DNA from: Octopus vulgaris
Lineage: Eukaryota
NCBI GenBank assembly: GCA_951406725.2
Contig: OX597831.1
Location: forward strand, 21,328,001-21,392,000
Reading direction: 5' to 3'
DNA: 64,000 nt
Each line of letters begins with the position of its first letter. Positions within the stretch are counted from its first letter, which is position 1. Of the stretch, positions 25,345-39,004 are shown piece after piece. The translations under genes were made by a program, and so were the position numbers. The notes under the pieces are model-generated. The model searched no databases. It worked only from the letters and a program-made list of their open reading frames with translations, and was not told the DNA's origin.

Positions 25345-25346
25345 CC

Positions 25347-25407
<61 letters not shown>

Positions 25408-25451
25408 CCTGCCTGTCTATCAATATATGTATATATATATGTATGTATATG

Positions 25452-25499
<48 letters not shown>

Positions 25500-26532
25500 C
25501 ATATATATATGCACACACACACATTCAAGTCCACATATGCATATATATATATATATATATACATATATATATACACACACACATTGAAGTCCACATATGC
25601 ATATATATATATATATATATATGTACATACACAAACATTCTTGCACATCTCTCTTCCTCTCCCTCTATATATATATGCGTATTTTTGTGTGCATGTTTGT
25701 TTGTTTGTTTGTGTTTGTGTGTGTGTGTGTGTATACGCTCACCACTTTTCTCTTTATCTTTTGAGATAATCTCTTTTAGCACGCTATCTGTTTTATATCA
25801 AGATAATCAAGTATTTCTTTTACTTCTCTCTGTGTCTCGATTATCGGAATACATTTTGCTTATTCCATCGAACCCTATTTCAGTTCCTACTACTCTTCCT
25901 GTCGTACCGCAGCATCAATTTTATTTCTATCCCTTACATTGACGTCTTCTTTTTTTTCGTGCCTAATGCATTTTTTGACGTGCAGTCTTTTTTACGATTA
26001 TATTTAGACCTAGATCAGGCTTAATTCACCTGTTTCATTAGCGATTGCACGTGCCAGTAAAGGATAATTTCTCTGAAGGAATTGAACTACAACTTCAGTA
26101 GAATATTACTACCTTTTTCTATTTTTAGGTGAAAGGTTGAGATACGAAGGAGATTTCTCTCCTATATTTAGTAAATCAAATATCCATGGCAGAATCAGTT
26201 TCATTCATTGACTTTTTCGTGTTGTTTAGTTTAGTTCTCGAACAACTATGCTCTTTAAGACGTAAGATGAAAAACTTTACACTCATGAACAATTCAAGTA
26301 TTACTTAGGTAACGAAGATGCTCCAGCTACGACCATTACAATTTATTATTTAGATATCAACGAAAGAATTACTATGACCATGCTATTATTATTTAAAACT
26401 CAAAGGATACAGCCACGACCGTTTCATGTATTATTAAGACATCAAATGTGTCATAGCTATGACTATTCCATGCATGATTTAAACGTCCCTAAAGAAGTTA
26501 CAATTAAGGTTATACCAAATGTTGATTTTATA

Positions 26533-26738
26533 TTTTGGCACAAATCCAACAGTTTCGGTTGTAAGGGGTAAATTGATAAAATCGAACCCAATTTTCATGA
26601 GGTATTTATTTTACCTACCCCAAAAGGATGTAAGGCAAAATCGACTTCAGCGGAACTGGAACTCAGACCGTAACGATGGAGGAAATGCCGCCAAGCATTT
26701 CGCCCTGCGTGCCACTGATTCTGCCAGGATCCCACCTT
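26533..26738 (-). mobile_element. Degenerate SINE family A copy
   Basis: Reverse complement of family A, lying head-to-head with the copy at 26803. Confidence 0.75.
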
Positions 26739-26802
26739 CAAACCATGTGAAATATAAATTTGAACATATCATTTTAAACACAGTAATATATATGTAGAGG
26801 GA

Positions 26803-27215
26803 AGGCGGTGAGCTGGCAGAAACATTAGCACGCCGGGCGAAATGCTTAGCGGTATTTCGTCTGCCGCTACGCTCTGAGTTCAAATTCCGCCAAGGTCGAC
26901 ATTGCCTTTCATCCTTTCGGGGTCGATAAATTAAGTACCAGTTACGCACTGGGGTCGATGTAATCGACTTAATACCTATGTCTGTCCTTGTTTGTCCGCT
27001 CTGTGTTTAGCCCCTTGTGGGTAATAAAGAAATAGGTATTTCGTCTGCCGCTACGTTCTGAGTTCAAATTCCGCCGAGGTCGACATTGCCTTTCATCCTT
27101 TCGGGGTCGATTAAATAAGTAACAGTTACGCACTGGGCTCTATGTAATCGACTTAGTCCCTTTGCCCGTCCTTGTTTGTCCCTCTATGTTTAGCCCATTG
27201 TGGGCAATAAAGAAA
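26803..27215 (+). mobile_element. SINE family A tandem dimer (full unit plus 5'-truncated unit)
   Basis: Full unit spans 26803-27036; the second unit begins at GGTATTTCGTCTGCCG (~27035). Confidence 0.9.
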
Positions 27216-27335
27216 TCAGTAATATATATGAAGAGGTCTTGGTGTTTGCTATTTCTAATATCTCCTGCGACCTCTTTGAAACCTCCTTGCTGTTTGGCTA
27301 TTTCTATTATCATATAATTTATTATCCCAACACTG

Positions 27336-27722
27336 TGGAGGCGCAATGGCCCAGTGGTTAGGGCAGCGGACTCGCGGTCATAGGATCGCGGTTTCGATTC
27401 CCAGACCGGGCGTTGTGAGTGTTTATTGAGCGAAAACACCTAAAGCTCCACGAGGCTCCGGCAGGGGATGGTGGTGATCCCTGCTGTACTCTTTCACCAC
27501 AACTTTCTCTCACTCTTACTTCCTGTTTTTGTTGTACCTGTATTTCAAAGGGCCGGCCTTGTCACTCTCTGTGTCACGCTGAATATCCCCGAGAACTACG
27601 TTAAGGGTACACGTGTCTGTGGAGTGCTCAGCCACTTACACGTTAATTTCACGAGCAGGCTGTTCCGTTGATTCGGATCAACCGGAACCCTCGTCGTTGT
27701 AACCGACGGAGTGCTTCCATCC
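27336..27722 (+). mobile_element. SINE family D (tRNA-like head)
   Basis: A-box TGGCCCAGTGG and B-box GGTTTCGATTCCC. The head is shared with 50139; the element ends in (CCAT)n. Confidence 0.85.
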
Positions 27723-28769
27723 ATCTATCCCAACACTACCTGCCAATAACATTCGCTTCAGTTCATTTGTTTTCACAGAAATTTTACAGTCAGTAAGGAC
27801 ACTATTAACATCCGTCTGCACTTGAACACAAGACTTCAGATTCAAATGGTTCTATGTAGGCGATCTGTGATAGTATTAGTATTTCAACAAATTTTATATT
27901 TTCTACGCTTTCTTCTTTTCCTTTCTCCTTTTACATCCTTCCACGCATTTCTTTCTATATCTTATGCAATTTCTTACTTTATTTTCTACGTTTTTCTCGT
28001 ATCATTTTCTACGTTTTCCTTGCATTAATGTTTGAACGCTTTTCTGGTAGTATTTTTCAACGTATATTTGGTATCATTTTGCACGTTTTTCTGGCTTTAT
28101 TTTACAAGATTTTTTTTGTTGGTATGATTGTAAGCGTTCTTTTGTTTTTATTATACATTTTATTCTTATTACTTTGCTTTCTTGTTTAACAATTTTCTAT
28201 TTTCGTTGTTTTCTAGAAATATTTCGCTTTTTACATTATATTTCATACCTTCCTTTGCTTGTATATCTGCATTTGACTTGTTTATATGAAATAATATTTT
28301 TTTGCTGTTTTCATAGTTACACTAGTTGCGTCTGATTGTTATTCTTATGTTTTACATTCTGTTCATTTTAGTTGTTTTAACAGAGATATTTTTAAACATT
28401 ACTTATCTTCTCTGCACATTTACATACATTTGTTTTAAAAAATAACTTTAGAACTTCCTAGATTTTACGTTGATTTTATCACATTTCCTAATGATTTATA
28501 TTGTTTGTTTTTTTCATATATTCTATAATAATCTGAAGTTGATTATAAAACATACTAATACATGAGGCTATACGGAAGACAGAGAAATTTCATATCCTGA
28601 TGATGGTACTGTGAATGAACAAAAGCATTGATCATAGATCTAGGAAATTTATTGTTCCAAGCAAACTGAAAAAATGCTACAAGAAGTTATAAACATGTAT
28701 AAATACACACACACACACATGCACACACGCACACAGACGCACAAGCACACACATACATATGTATGTATA

Positions 28770-28965
28770 TATAAGGAGAATTCACGCAAAAAACAAAAGA
28801 CGAAGACAAGTGGTGTAGAAAACAAACAGATGTATTAGTATAAAGCTCGGGAATTGAAAAAGTCTTTAACGTTTCGAGCCTACGCTCTTTCACAGAAAGA
28901 AACACAGAAAAAAAAACAAGGAGAGAAAAAATGCGTGTAGTAGCTAGCCATCTATCATGGTGAAC
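28770..28965 (-). mobile_element. Repeat family H copy with hammerhead-like motif (28863-28900)
   Basis: Minus strand reads TCTTT-CTGTGAAA-GAGC GTAG GCTC-GAAA-CG-TT-AAAGA. Confidence 0.7.
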
Positions 28966-28981
28966 TAAATGTATACATGTA

Positions 28982-29370
28982 AGCGCAGGAGTGGCTGTGT
29001 AGTAAGTAGTTTGCTTACCAACCACATGGTTTCGGGTTCAGTCCCACTGCTTGGCACTTTGGTCAAGTGTCTTCTACTATAGCCTCGGGCCGACCAAAGC
29101 CTTGTGAGTGGATTTGGTAGACGGAAACTGAAAGAATCCCGTCGTATATATATGTTTATATGTGTGTGTCTGTGTTTGTCCCCCAACATCGCTTGACAAC
29201 CGATAGTGGTGTGGTTACATCCCTGTGATTTAGCGGTTCGGCAAAAGAGACCGATGCACTAAGTACTAAGCTTACAAAAAAATAAGTCCTGGTGTCGATT
29301 TGCTCGACTAAAGGCAGTGCTCCAGCATGGCCGCAGTCAAATGACTGAAACAAGTAAATGAGTAAAAGAG
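28982..29370 (+). mobile_element. SINE family B, full length (tRNA-like head, CORE-like domain, internal TA/TG microsatellite)
   Basis: A-box-like TGGCTGTGTAGT, B-box-like GGGTTCAGTCCC, TGGCACTTTGGTCAAGTGTCTT, and tail ending GTAAAAGAG. More than 10 copies or fragments occur in the window. Confidence 0.9.
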
Positions 29371-29916
29371 TATACATATGTGGGTATGTGTACTGGTGTG
29401 TGAATGTGTGTGTGTATGTGTGTGCATGTATGTATGTGGAGGGTACATTGCCTAGTGTTCAACGTCTTGCACTTATGATCACATGATCGCGCTTCCATTG
29501 CTAGACCGAGCAATCACTACTGCACCTGAAGTTTGATTTACGATACATCTGTTTCAGACAACGTTGATTTGATGGCGGCAGTACGCCAATGTACACACCA
29601 TATATCAGATTGCTATAGAGAAATTATTTGTGCAGATTGTTCAGTTATAAGTTGCAGAACCGTTTCTCTCGCTCTCCAATGGTTTACTCTCATGTACCAT
29701 GAGTGTATAAATATACATGCATACACATGTGTACATACATACATACGTATATACATACGCACATAAGTACTACGTACCGACGAACATACATACATACACG
29801 TACGTATATATGCATACATGTATGTATGTGTGTTAGTGTTTGTATGTGTGTCTGCCTCTGCCTGTCTCTCGATCTATCTGTCTAACTGCCTGCCTGCTTG
29901 CCTATCTATCTCTCTG

Positions 29917-29994
<78 letters not shown>

Positions 29995-30077
29995 ATTCTC
30001 GCTGTCTGTCTGTCTGTCTTTCTACCTATCTATATTTCTGTCTATCTATCAATCTATCTACCTATCTGTATGTTTGT

Positions 30078-30470
30078 AGTGGTTGTGTGGTAAGTAGCTT
30101 GTTTACAAACCACATGGTTCCGGGTTCAGTCCCACTGCGTGGCACCTTTGGCAAGTGTCTTCTACTATAGCCTCGAGCCGACTAAAGCCTTGTGAGTGGA
30201 TTTGGTAGACGGAAACTGAAAGAATCCCGTCGTATATATGTATATATATGTATCTGCGTGTATGTTTGTGTGTCTGTGTTTGTCCTCCTAGCATTGCTTG
30301 ACAACCGATGCTGGTGTGTTTATGCTCCCGTCACTTAGCGGTTCGGCAAAAAAGACCGATAGAATAAGTACTGGGCTTACAAAGAATAAGTCCCGGGGTC
30401 GAGTTGCTCGATTAAAGGCGGTGCACCAGCATGGCCACAGTCAAAATGATTGAAACAAGTAAAAGGAGAA
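30078..30470 (+). mobile_element. SINE family B copy
   Basis: Aligns end to end with 28982-29370. Confidence 0.9.
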
Positions 30471-30472
30471 AC

Positions 30473-30539
<67 letters not shown>

Positions 30540-30642
30540 ATATTAACAAAACTGTCCGACGACGGGAACGTGAAACTATATATATATATATACATATATA
30601 CTCGTCCATCTAACTATCTGTCTGTTTGTCTGTCTATATCTG

Positions 30643-30686
<44 letters not shown>

Positions 30687-31417
30687 CATACACACATACA
30701 TACACACATACACGTATACCTTTATACATACTAACACTTACTGTGGCGTTATCAGCGTAAATTAACAAAACTAAAACAACACACATCCAATCCCATTACA
30801 CCTATCTAAGTATTTACCTTGACATTTATATTAAGAGTACTAGTGCCGCTGATATTTCTGATGTGACAACTTCTTAAAACAGCTCCCCTACCCTGTCCAT
30901 ATTACAGCTTGAACGTGTTACGTAAAAACCTATTAAAAGGATGGACAGCTTTCAGCTGAACTACTTCAAGTCGAATAGATTGCATTCCTTTTGAACCAAC
31001 GTTTTTGAATCATTTAACATTTGCTCGTGTCTTCTGCCTTTTGCTCTATATACAGCTTCTCCTCCACCTCTCGCTGAGAAGGGCATTGTTGACCTCTTTA
31101 ATGATCATACGAGGTATTTTACATCGAAAGAATTAAACTATTAACAACCTTTAGTGATATCAATTGGTTGTCAGGACGTCGCGTGTCATCTTGACTTTCC
31201 TTATACGTTCTCAAGTAAATATTTAAATAAGTCCTTTGTCTATTGTACGAATGCAAAAGAAGAGCAACTTTTGTCAGTTTATGCTTTACGCTTAAGCCAG
31301 ATTCTAACATTTATATTTATGTATTAGACAACGGTGGACTATCTACACACATATTTGATCTTATAACAATATTTACCGTCAAAGTTTCATCAAGATAAAG
31401 TCCCTAATAAATTTACA

Positions 31418-31563
31418 GACGTGGCTGTGTAGTAAGGCATTTGGTTCCCAAGAAAATAGTCATGGGTTCAGTTCTGCTGTTTGGCACCTTGGGCGAGAGA
31501 CTTCTACTCTAGCATCGAGCCGACGAATGTGGATATGGTAAATGGAAACAGAAAATAACCTCG

Positions 31564-31627
<64 letters not shown>

Positions 31628-31660
31628 TTATATATATATGACGAGGTTCTTTTCAGTTTG
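31418..31660 (+). mobile_element. SINE family B 5' half, mirrored across its internal (TA)n
   Basis: Head at 31418. AACCTCGTCA-(TA)n-TGACGAGGTT forms an inverted repeat. Confidence 0.75.
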
Positions 31661-31988
31661 ATTGTCTTAAAGCTAGCGACATGGTTACGATAGCGATACT
31701 TAAATAAATCGGCCGCCTACCCAATGTAAATATACGACTCTTTCCTTGTGTGCACAGCATATTTATATACAAGATTTGTACTGATAGAGAGATTCATCAA
31801 AGGATATTTCGATTTTTCTCTGCATGATCATTTATCGTATTTATTTGTACATAAAGCAGTCCCAACTCCATTTACTGACGTTGTTACCGCGTTAGCTGTA
31901 TCATAAGAGGAATGGATGCCAGATATGTCGAAACAATTGTCGTGATTAATAAATTCTCGTATATTCCATCTTCCGTCTTTCATTTGCC

Positions 31989-32069
<81 letters not shown>

Positions 32070-32089
32070 GGAGTAAACACATAAATAAA

Positions 32090-32167
<78 letters not shown>

Positions 32168-32169
32168 AG

Positions 32170-32400
32170 CGCGTGTTTGTCTTTGTCTTTGTGCTAATGT
32201 CTCTCCTCTAACCACTGATTGACAGCCGGTATTGGTGCGTTTACGTCTCCGTATCCTAGCAGTTCTGCACAAGAAGAGATCGATAAAATGAGTACCAGAC
32301 TTAACGGTATTTTCGTTCGACTAAATGTCACACAATGCGGTGCCCCAGCTTGGCTGCAGTCTACTTAATGAAAATAATTAAAAGATAAAAAGAATAATAA
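32170..32400 (+). mobile_element. Degenerate SINE family B 3' half
   Basis: TTGACAGCCGGTATTGGTGCGTTTACGTCTCCGTA...GCGGTGCCCCAGC. Confidence 0.65.
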
Positions 32401-32409
32401 AAGATACGT

Positions 32410-33415
32410 TGGACATGTCGACCAAACGCCTGCATTTAGAGATACTGAAATTAAAAAGAGTTTTCCAAAAAGTGGCGCCAACTCGTTGGTAGAAACAGTT
32501 CCTGAATATCATGAGAAGCTTCCTTGTATATTCCTAAACATCATTGATTACTCAAGTAAATAGGACACGGAAAGCTATAGTTATGCTCCGGCGTTGTATT
32601 CTAATTACCAAAATAGTAAATTCAATTGCTTTTTGTTAAATGTGTTGGGAGATATTTTTATTTACACAAATGCAGCATTTGACATCCTCCAGAAAGAAAA
32701 ACAAACATTTGATATATCCTACTGTATTCGTAAAGTAAATAAAATTGTGAAAGTTTTGAAAGAAAAAAATGCTTGAATTTTCTAAACTTTTGGCTAATGT
32801 TGATAGTATTTATCTTCAAATGAGGAAAAGAAAAATGCGTTTGAAACAGAGGAAGGATTCAGACAGCTGTTCAGTAAAATTATAGATTTAATTTGCGAGC
32901 AAACTGAGACACGATTTCAAAATATAAATGAATTACATTTTTTTAGCACTTTTCAATCCGATGAGACAAGACAAAATAACGACGACTAGGAAACATCTCT
33001 AACTTACCTTAAACATTCTTACGGAGACAATTTCGACAACAAAAATTTAAGAAACGAACTTACTGTCTTGTACAAAGATGCTGAACTAAAAGGAAAATCC
33101 GTTCAGTTTTACTTTACATTCTGCATAATAGTGGATTAGATGAAGCTTTGCCCCAGTTAACGAAGCTTTGTGGAGTAATATGAATACTACCAGCAACAAG
33201 TGCTGATGTTGAGCGCTCCTTTTCATACCTAAGGAGAATGCATAATTATACAAGAAATTTGCAGGGACAAGAAAAAATGTTTAGCACTTTAGCTCTAATT
33301 GGCATGGAAAAAGCCATTTGAAAAAGTATTAAGAAAGATAACTTCTACAATGATGTTATCAACAATTTCATCATGAAAGAGAGCAGAATTGAATTAACAT
33401 TTAAAGAAATTAAGA
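32410..33415 (+). pseudogene. hAT-superfamily transposase remnant (C-terminal dimerisation domain)
   Basis: ILPATSADVERSFSYLRRMHNYTRN at ~33185 is the hATC motif. Upstream are degenerate FDILQK and ETRFQN segments with many stops. Confidence 0.8.
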
Positions 33416-33450
33416 TAAGTTTTAATTGTGATTACTAATTTCAGTAAGGC

Positions 33451-33505
<55 letters not shown>

Positions 33506-33508
33506 TAC

Positions 33509-33600
<92 letters not shown>

Positions 33601-33739
33601 TTATTATTCTTATTATTATTGTTCTTATTATTAGTATTACTATTATTATTATTACTATTATTATTATTATTATCATCATCATCATCATCATCATCATCAT
33701 TATTATTATTATTATTATTTATTATTATTATTATTATTA

Positions 33740-33789
<50 letters not shown>

Positions 33790-33830
33790 CATCATAATCA
33801 TTATTATTATAATTATCATTATTATTATTA
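33451..33830. repeat. (TTA)n microsatellite
   Basis: Direct reading of the sequence. Confidence 0.97.
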
Positions 33831-33834
33831 CTGA

Positions 33835-34075
33835 GTGCATGCCTTCAAAGTGACACTGCGGTAAAATATACGAAGCCCAGTATACCCATCATGACTACCC
33901 GTCTGATAAGGGTACACTAGGCACATGCATCACAGCCATATGTGCGCGACATGGTGATCTTATATAAAGATTAACAGCGCATGACCTTGCTGGTGGGGCC
34001 CTGCTGGAGTTTTCTTCTGGTCGAGTAGTCCATCCCGCTCAACATGTCCCTCAGTAAGGGTTCATTAAGGATGCT
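33835..34075 (+). mobile_element. Dispersed repeat family E copy
   Basis: Reverse complement of ~20750-20995. Confidence 0.7.
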
Positions 34076-34877
34076 GAATAAGGGGTCGATAACATAAGTA
34101 GCATTTGAACAGTAGGGTTGATGTAATCGATTCATCGCTCTCACAATATCGCTCCACTTGTGACAAAACTTGAGTATTATTATCAGTATTATTATTATCA
34201 TTAAAACGTTGAGTTTCCAGTATCGGTAGCATTTGGGCCAAAATGTTCATCGGCCGTTCGCCTTTCCTTACGTTTTGAGATCAAATGTTGCCAAGATCTA
34301 ATTCATCTTTAATCTTAACGGGAGTCAATTATACAAGTACTAACTATACATCCACGTTATTTAGAATATAAATATTGTCATTCATCATTAATATATATTT
34401 AATATAAAGTTAGATATCATTAATGATAATTAACTTAGCTATTTCTTTCATTATGTATCAATATAATTACATTAATATATGTCACATAACATTACTCTAT
34501 ACGAAAATTATACTAGACATATATTTCATATCAGAATATCTACCTAATTCATGTTTAAATAACTAATTTCCATGTCTTTTCCGTCAGCTGTTCTATATGA
34601 ACACAAATTGTCAATAAATCATTTGCAGAATTACACTTAAATTAATAAAATATATTTCATTTACAAATTAGACATTTTCAGTTTACTGATAAAATGATTA
34701 GTAAATTACCGTCCGTCTTTTTTAAAACTGCTTACAAAAACACAAGACGCTTACTTATGTACTTTAAAAACACATAAGAAGTATAAAAATATTGATAAGT
34801 TGTGTAAACAAAGGTGTCTAAAATATGTTCAAAAAATGTTGAGTTGTAGCATATTACCATTTCTAGAGATGTTGTGA

Positions 34878-35190
34878 CCTCCTTCGACCATGACTGACCG
34901 TGGAATTGCACCTAGAAAGTTACCCTCCCAGGCAAGGTTGTTTATGAAAGACCAGCAGTCGCCCATGCATACCGGCCTTCCCTCTCCACATCACCAGTGT
35001 TATCCAAGGGAAAGGCAAAGGGGCCGATACAGCTTGGCACCTGTGACGTCGCAGTTAATTTCTACTGCTGAGTGAACTGGAGTAACGTGAAATGAAGTCT
35101 CTTGCTCAAGAACACAACACGCAGCCCGGTCCCGGATTCGAACTTACAACCACACGATCGTAAGCTCGACGCTCTAACCACTGAACCATA
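34878..35190 (-). mobile_element. SINE family C copy
   Basis: Reverse complement of 8507-8840. Confidence 0.88.
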
Positions 35191-35722
35191 ATGACATAAT
35201 TGCAATTAAAAGTGACTCTACCATCACCACTGACGTACATTATAAACACACAGACATGCATGAATATCTGAACTTTGAATCGTGCCATCTAACACATGCA
35301 AAGCGCAATACACCATGTTGCCTAGCCAGAAAAAAATGTATCATCGTGAATGCTGTGAATGTCAGAGACAAATGGCTAAAAATTTCTACTCAAACAAAAA
35401 TACCAATCTCTACTTAGAGAATATGGTATACAGTGTGCTGTAGAGATATCCATGCTACAAATTGGGGCAACTCAATAAAGAGGAAAGGAAGAACAGGCCA
35501 TACCTTTTATGGTGACACGCATTTCATGTGACGAAAATATCTTTAGCTTTGCGTAAGCAAATTTGCCGATCATTGCTGAAAGTAAAGGATTAAAAGATAT
35601 AAAAATAGTTCTAGAATCATTTCGAGGAAGAAATTACTGAATATGACGAAACATTAAGCCTTTTTTAAATATCATTGAGTCTCATCATCATGATCATCAT
35701 CAACACTCTCGTCATCATTATT

Positions 35723-36050
35723 ATCTAACGTCCGTCTTCAAGGCTGGCATGGGTTGGGTGGTTTGACAGGAGCTGGCAAACCAGAGGACTGCTCCACTGT
35801 CAGTTCTGGCATGGTTTTTATAGTTGGATGCCCTTCCTAATGCTAATCTCTTTACAGATTGGATTAGGTGCTTCCCACATGGCACCAGCATTGGCAAGGT
35901 CTATTTTTGCATGCTTTTTGTTTTGTTCTTATAGCTGGGAACCCTTCCAAATTCCAACCACTTTACAGTGTGGACTGGATGTCTTTTACAAAGCACCAGA
36001 ACTGGTGAGGCCATCAAGTCACTTGCAAGACAAAGGTATTTTGAAAGGTG
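35723..36050 (-). mobile_element. Probable RTE-associated SINE or RTE terminal fragment
   Basis: GCTGGCATGGGTTGG and TGGATGCCCTTCCTAATGC resemble recalled RTE-linked repeat ends. Single copy in the window. Confidence 0.45.
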
Positions 36051-36289
36051 GGAGTACTGGAGGTGGTGGCTTTGGGATATTATCATGGGATAATGGAGAG
36101 ATTAGAGTATACGGAAGGACAGAGCGAGAAATAGAGAGAGTGATCAAGAATCAGAGAAAGTGGAAGAGAATAAGAGTGAAAGAGATAGAGGTGATATGCC
36201 AGGATATACTCTCAAGGTACAGGAATGAGAATAGAAATTGGATGGTAGAGCATTGATAAAGATGCACAAATAATGAATGTAAAGAAGTT

Positions 36290-36748
36290 CAAAGTAAAAG
36301 ACAGCCGAAAAACTCGAAACAATTATTAACAAAAGCCAAATTTGTCGTAAGCAACGACGACAAATCATTCATTGTATCTAAATGCAATGATAATCGATAC
36401 GGTACATGTCAGTTCAAACGCACTGGTCAATATAGGGACACAAAATCCGAAAGAATATTTGCCAACGTAAATATGAAGTTCAAAAGCAGAAATTTAATTT
36501 ACTGCATCTAATGTCCGAATTGTGAAGAGATATACGTTGGTCAGACTGGGAATGCATTATCGAAACGTTGACGCGTCCACCGAAAACTGTTTAGAGACTC
36601 TGATGGTCCGTCAAATCCCATTAAACAACATGTTGTCAGAAAAAGTTTATATTTCCGTTCTACAAACTACACAACTCTAGTGAAGTCGAGAGAAATGTCA
36701 GAGAAGAGAATTTTATTAATAAATTCAAACCCGTTTTAAATGGACAAT
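36290..36748 (+). pseudogene. Penelope-like element GIY-YIG endonuclease remnant
   Basis: KSRNLIYCI*CPNCEEIYVGQTGNALSKR*RVH ... REENFINKFKPVLN, running into (AAT)n. Confidence 0.85.
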
Positions 36749-36769
36749 AATAATAATAATAATAATGAC

Positions 36770-36831
<62 letters not shown>

Positions 36832-36833
36832 TC

Positions 36834-36893
<60 letters not shown>

Positions 36894-37325
36894 GTAACAG
36901 TGATAGTTGTAATGATAATAATAATAAATACTATGCTACCATTACTACCACCACCATCACCACTACCACCACTAACGACAACAATAATAAATATGATGGT
37001 GTTGATGGTGGTAGTGCTAGCCATAACAATATTGACTTGATTGAAATGTAAAGTTTCTAGAAAATTGTGGGAACAGTAGCAGTAAAATTCTATGAAAGCA
37101 GGAATGTTGTTTGCAACATTCCGAAGTATAGCCAAACAATTAATTCTTTAGGTGCGGTCAAAGTAAAGCATCCTTGACGTGCCAACCAAACTGTGACGTC
37201 TAAGCCGCACACCGACTGGCCAAAATATTTCGTTGAAAAAAAGCGAGATAGATGCTAACCAATTTTGTACACTTACCGAACCATGACATCTGAAACACAT
37301 ACTGATTGCTCAAAATACAGTTCTT

Positions 37326-37668
37326 GTATGTATGTATGTATGTATGTATGTATGTATGTATGTATGTATGTATGTATGTATGTATGTATGTATGTATGTA
37401 TGTATGTATGTATGTATGAATGTAAGTATGTATATATGTATGTATTTATGTATGAATGTATGTATGTATGTATGTATGAATGTATGTATGTAAGTATGTA
37501 TGTATGTATGTATGTATGAATGTATGAATGTATGTATGTGTGTATGTATGTATGTATGTATGTAAGTATGTATGTATGTATGTATGAATGTATGTATGTA
37601 TGTATGTATGTATGTATGTATGTATGTATGTATGTATGTATGTATGTATGTGTAAGTATGTATATATG

Positions 37669-37700
<32 letters not shown>

Positions 37701-37966
37701 TGTATGTATGAATGTATGTATGTATGTATGTATGTATGTATGTATGTATGTATGTATGTATGTATGTATGTATGTATGAATGTATGTATGTATGAATGTA
37801 AGTATGTATATATGTATGTATGTATGTATGTATGAATGTATGTATGTATGAATGTAAGTATGTATATATGCATGCATGTATGTATGTATGTATGTATGTA
37901 TGTATGTATGTATGTATGTATGTATGTATGTATGTGTATATGTATGAATGTATGTATGTATGAATG

Positions 37967-38000
<34 letters not shown>

Positions 38001-38074
38001 TGTATGTATGCATGCATGTATGTATGTATGTATGTATGTATGTGTGTATGCATGAATGTATGTATGTATGAATG

Positions 38075-38106
<32 letters not shown>

Positions 38107-38110
38107 AATG

Positions 38111-38144
<34 letters not shown>

Positions 38145-38190
38145 TGTATGTATGTATGTATGCATGCATGTATGTATGTATGTATGTATA
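37326..38190. repeat. (TATG)n microsatellite, ~860 bp
   Basis: Direct reading of the sequence. Confidence 0.97.
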
Positions 38191-38214
38191 TGATAAATAA
38201 TGCATTTTTTCAAT

Positions 38215-39004
38215 GCATGAACTAAAAGTCGGAAGGGGACAGGATAAACTACCTGCATAAATTTGCTATAAAAACAGGTAGTCATTTTTATCTTGACCTT
38301 ATTCTTAGTACAAGTTTTGAAGAGTGTAGTTCGATTTTAACAGTTAGTTTCTCAAAGCTATAATGCAAGTGACAAAAAAGCATATTCGGCATATTTTGCT
38401 TTATGAGTTCAATAAAAGCATCAATGCAGTGGAAAGTGCGAGGAATATTAATGAAATATATGAGGATCGGATAATAAATGTAAGCCAGTGTCAACAGTGG
38501 TTCCAGTAATTGCATGACGGAAGCTACAGCCTAAAAGACAAGCCTTGTCCTTGAAGATTTGTAGATCTTGATGAGAACGTCCTGAAAACGCTGGTGGAAC
38601 AAACTGCCATCGTAACTGTTGAGGAACTAGTAGAGAAGCTTTGATTTGGTCATTCAACCATTCATCAACACCTGTGTGCCATCGGAAAAGTCATCCAATT
38701 GGGTCAATGGGTTCCTCACAAACTGTTCGAGTGTAATCGTACGCAGAAAGTGAATTTGTGTTCTTCTTTGCTGTCATGTCACACGAATGAACCTTTTTTA
38801 GACCGAATAGTGATTGGTTATGAGATATAAGGTTCTCTATAAAAATGTCAATCGCCGAAGACAGTGGGTAGGGGAAGGTGAAACACTGGCACCTCAGGCT
38901 AAAGGAGGTCTTCACCCATGTAAGGTGTTATCTTTTTAGTGGGATATGAAAGGCTTAGTTCACTTTGAACTTTTAAACCAATACCAAACGATAATAAAGG
39001 AGAT
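38215..39004 (+). mobile_element. Mariner transposon 5' remnant
   Basis: HIRHILLYEFNK, SQCQQWF and GQWVPHKL...CSSLL...EPFLDRIVIG. Truncated by the PLE fragment at ~39005. Confidence 0.88.

Noticed and set aside
27880-28540. Strongly T-skewed stretch with recurring TTTTCTACGTTTT
   Set aside because: It looks like a decayed minisatellite with no stable period or coding signal.
30553-30580. CCGACGA-CG GGAA CG-T-GAAAC mini-hammerhead between TA tracts
   Set aside because: Stem II is only 2 bp and the 3' side is lost in (TA)n, so it is too short to support.
31925-31950. GAAACAATTGTC as a complete hammerhead (also GAAACAGCTGTT at ~11881 on the minus strand)
   Set aside because: Only the 3' half is present with no CUGANGA at a suitable position; counted as remnants only.
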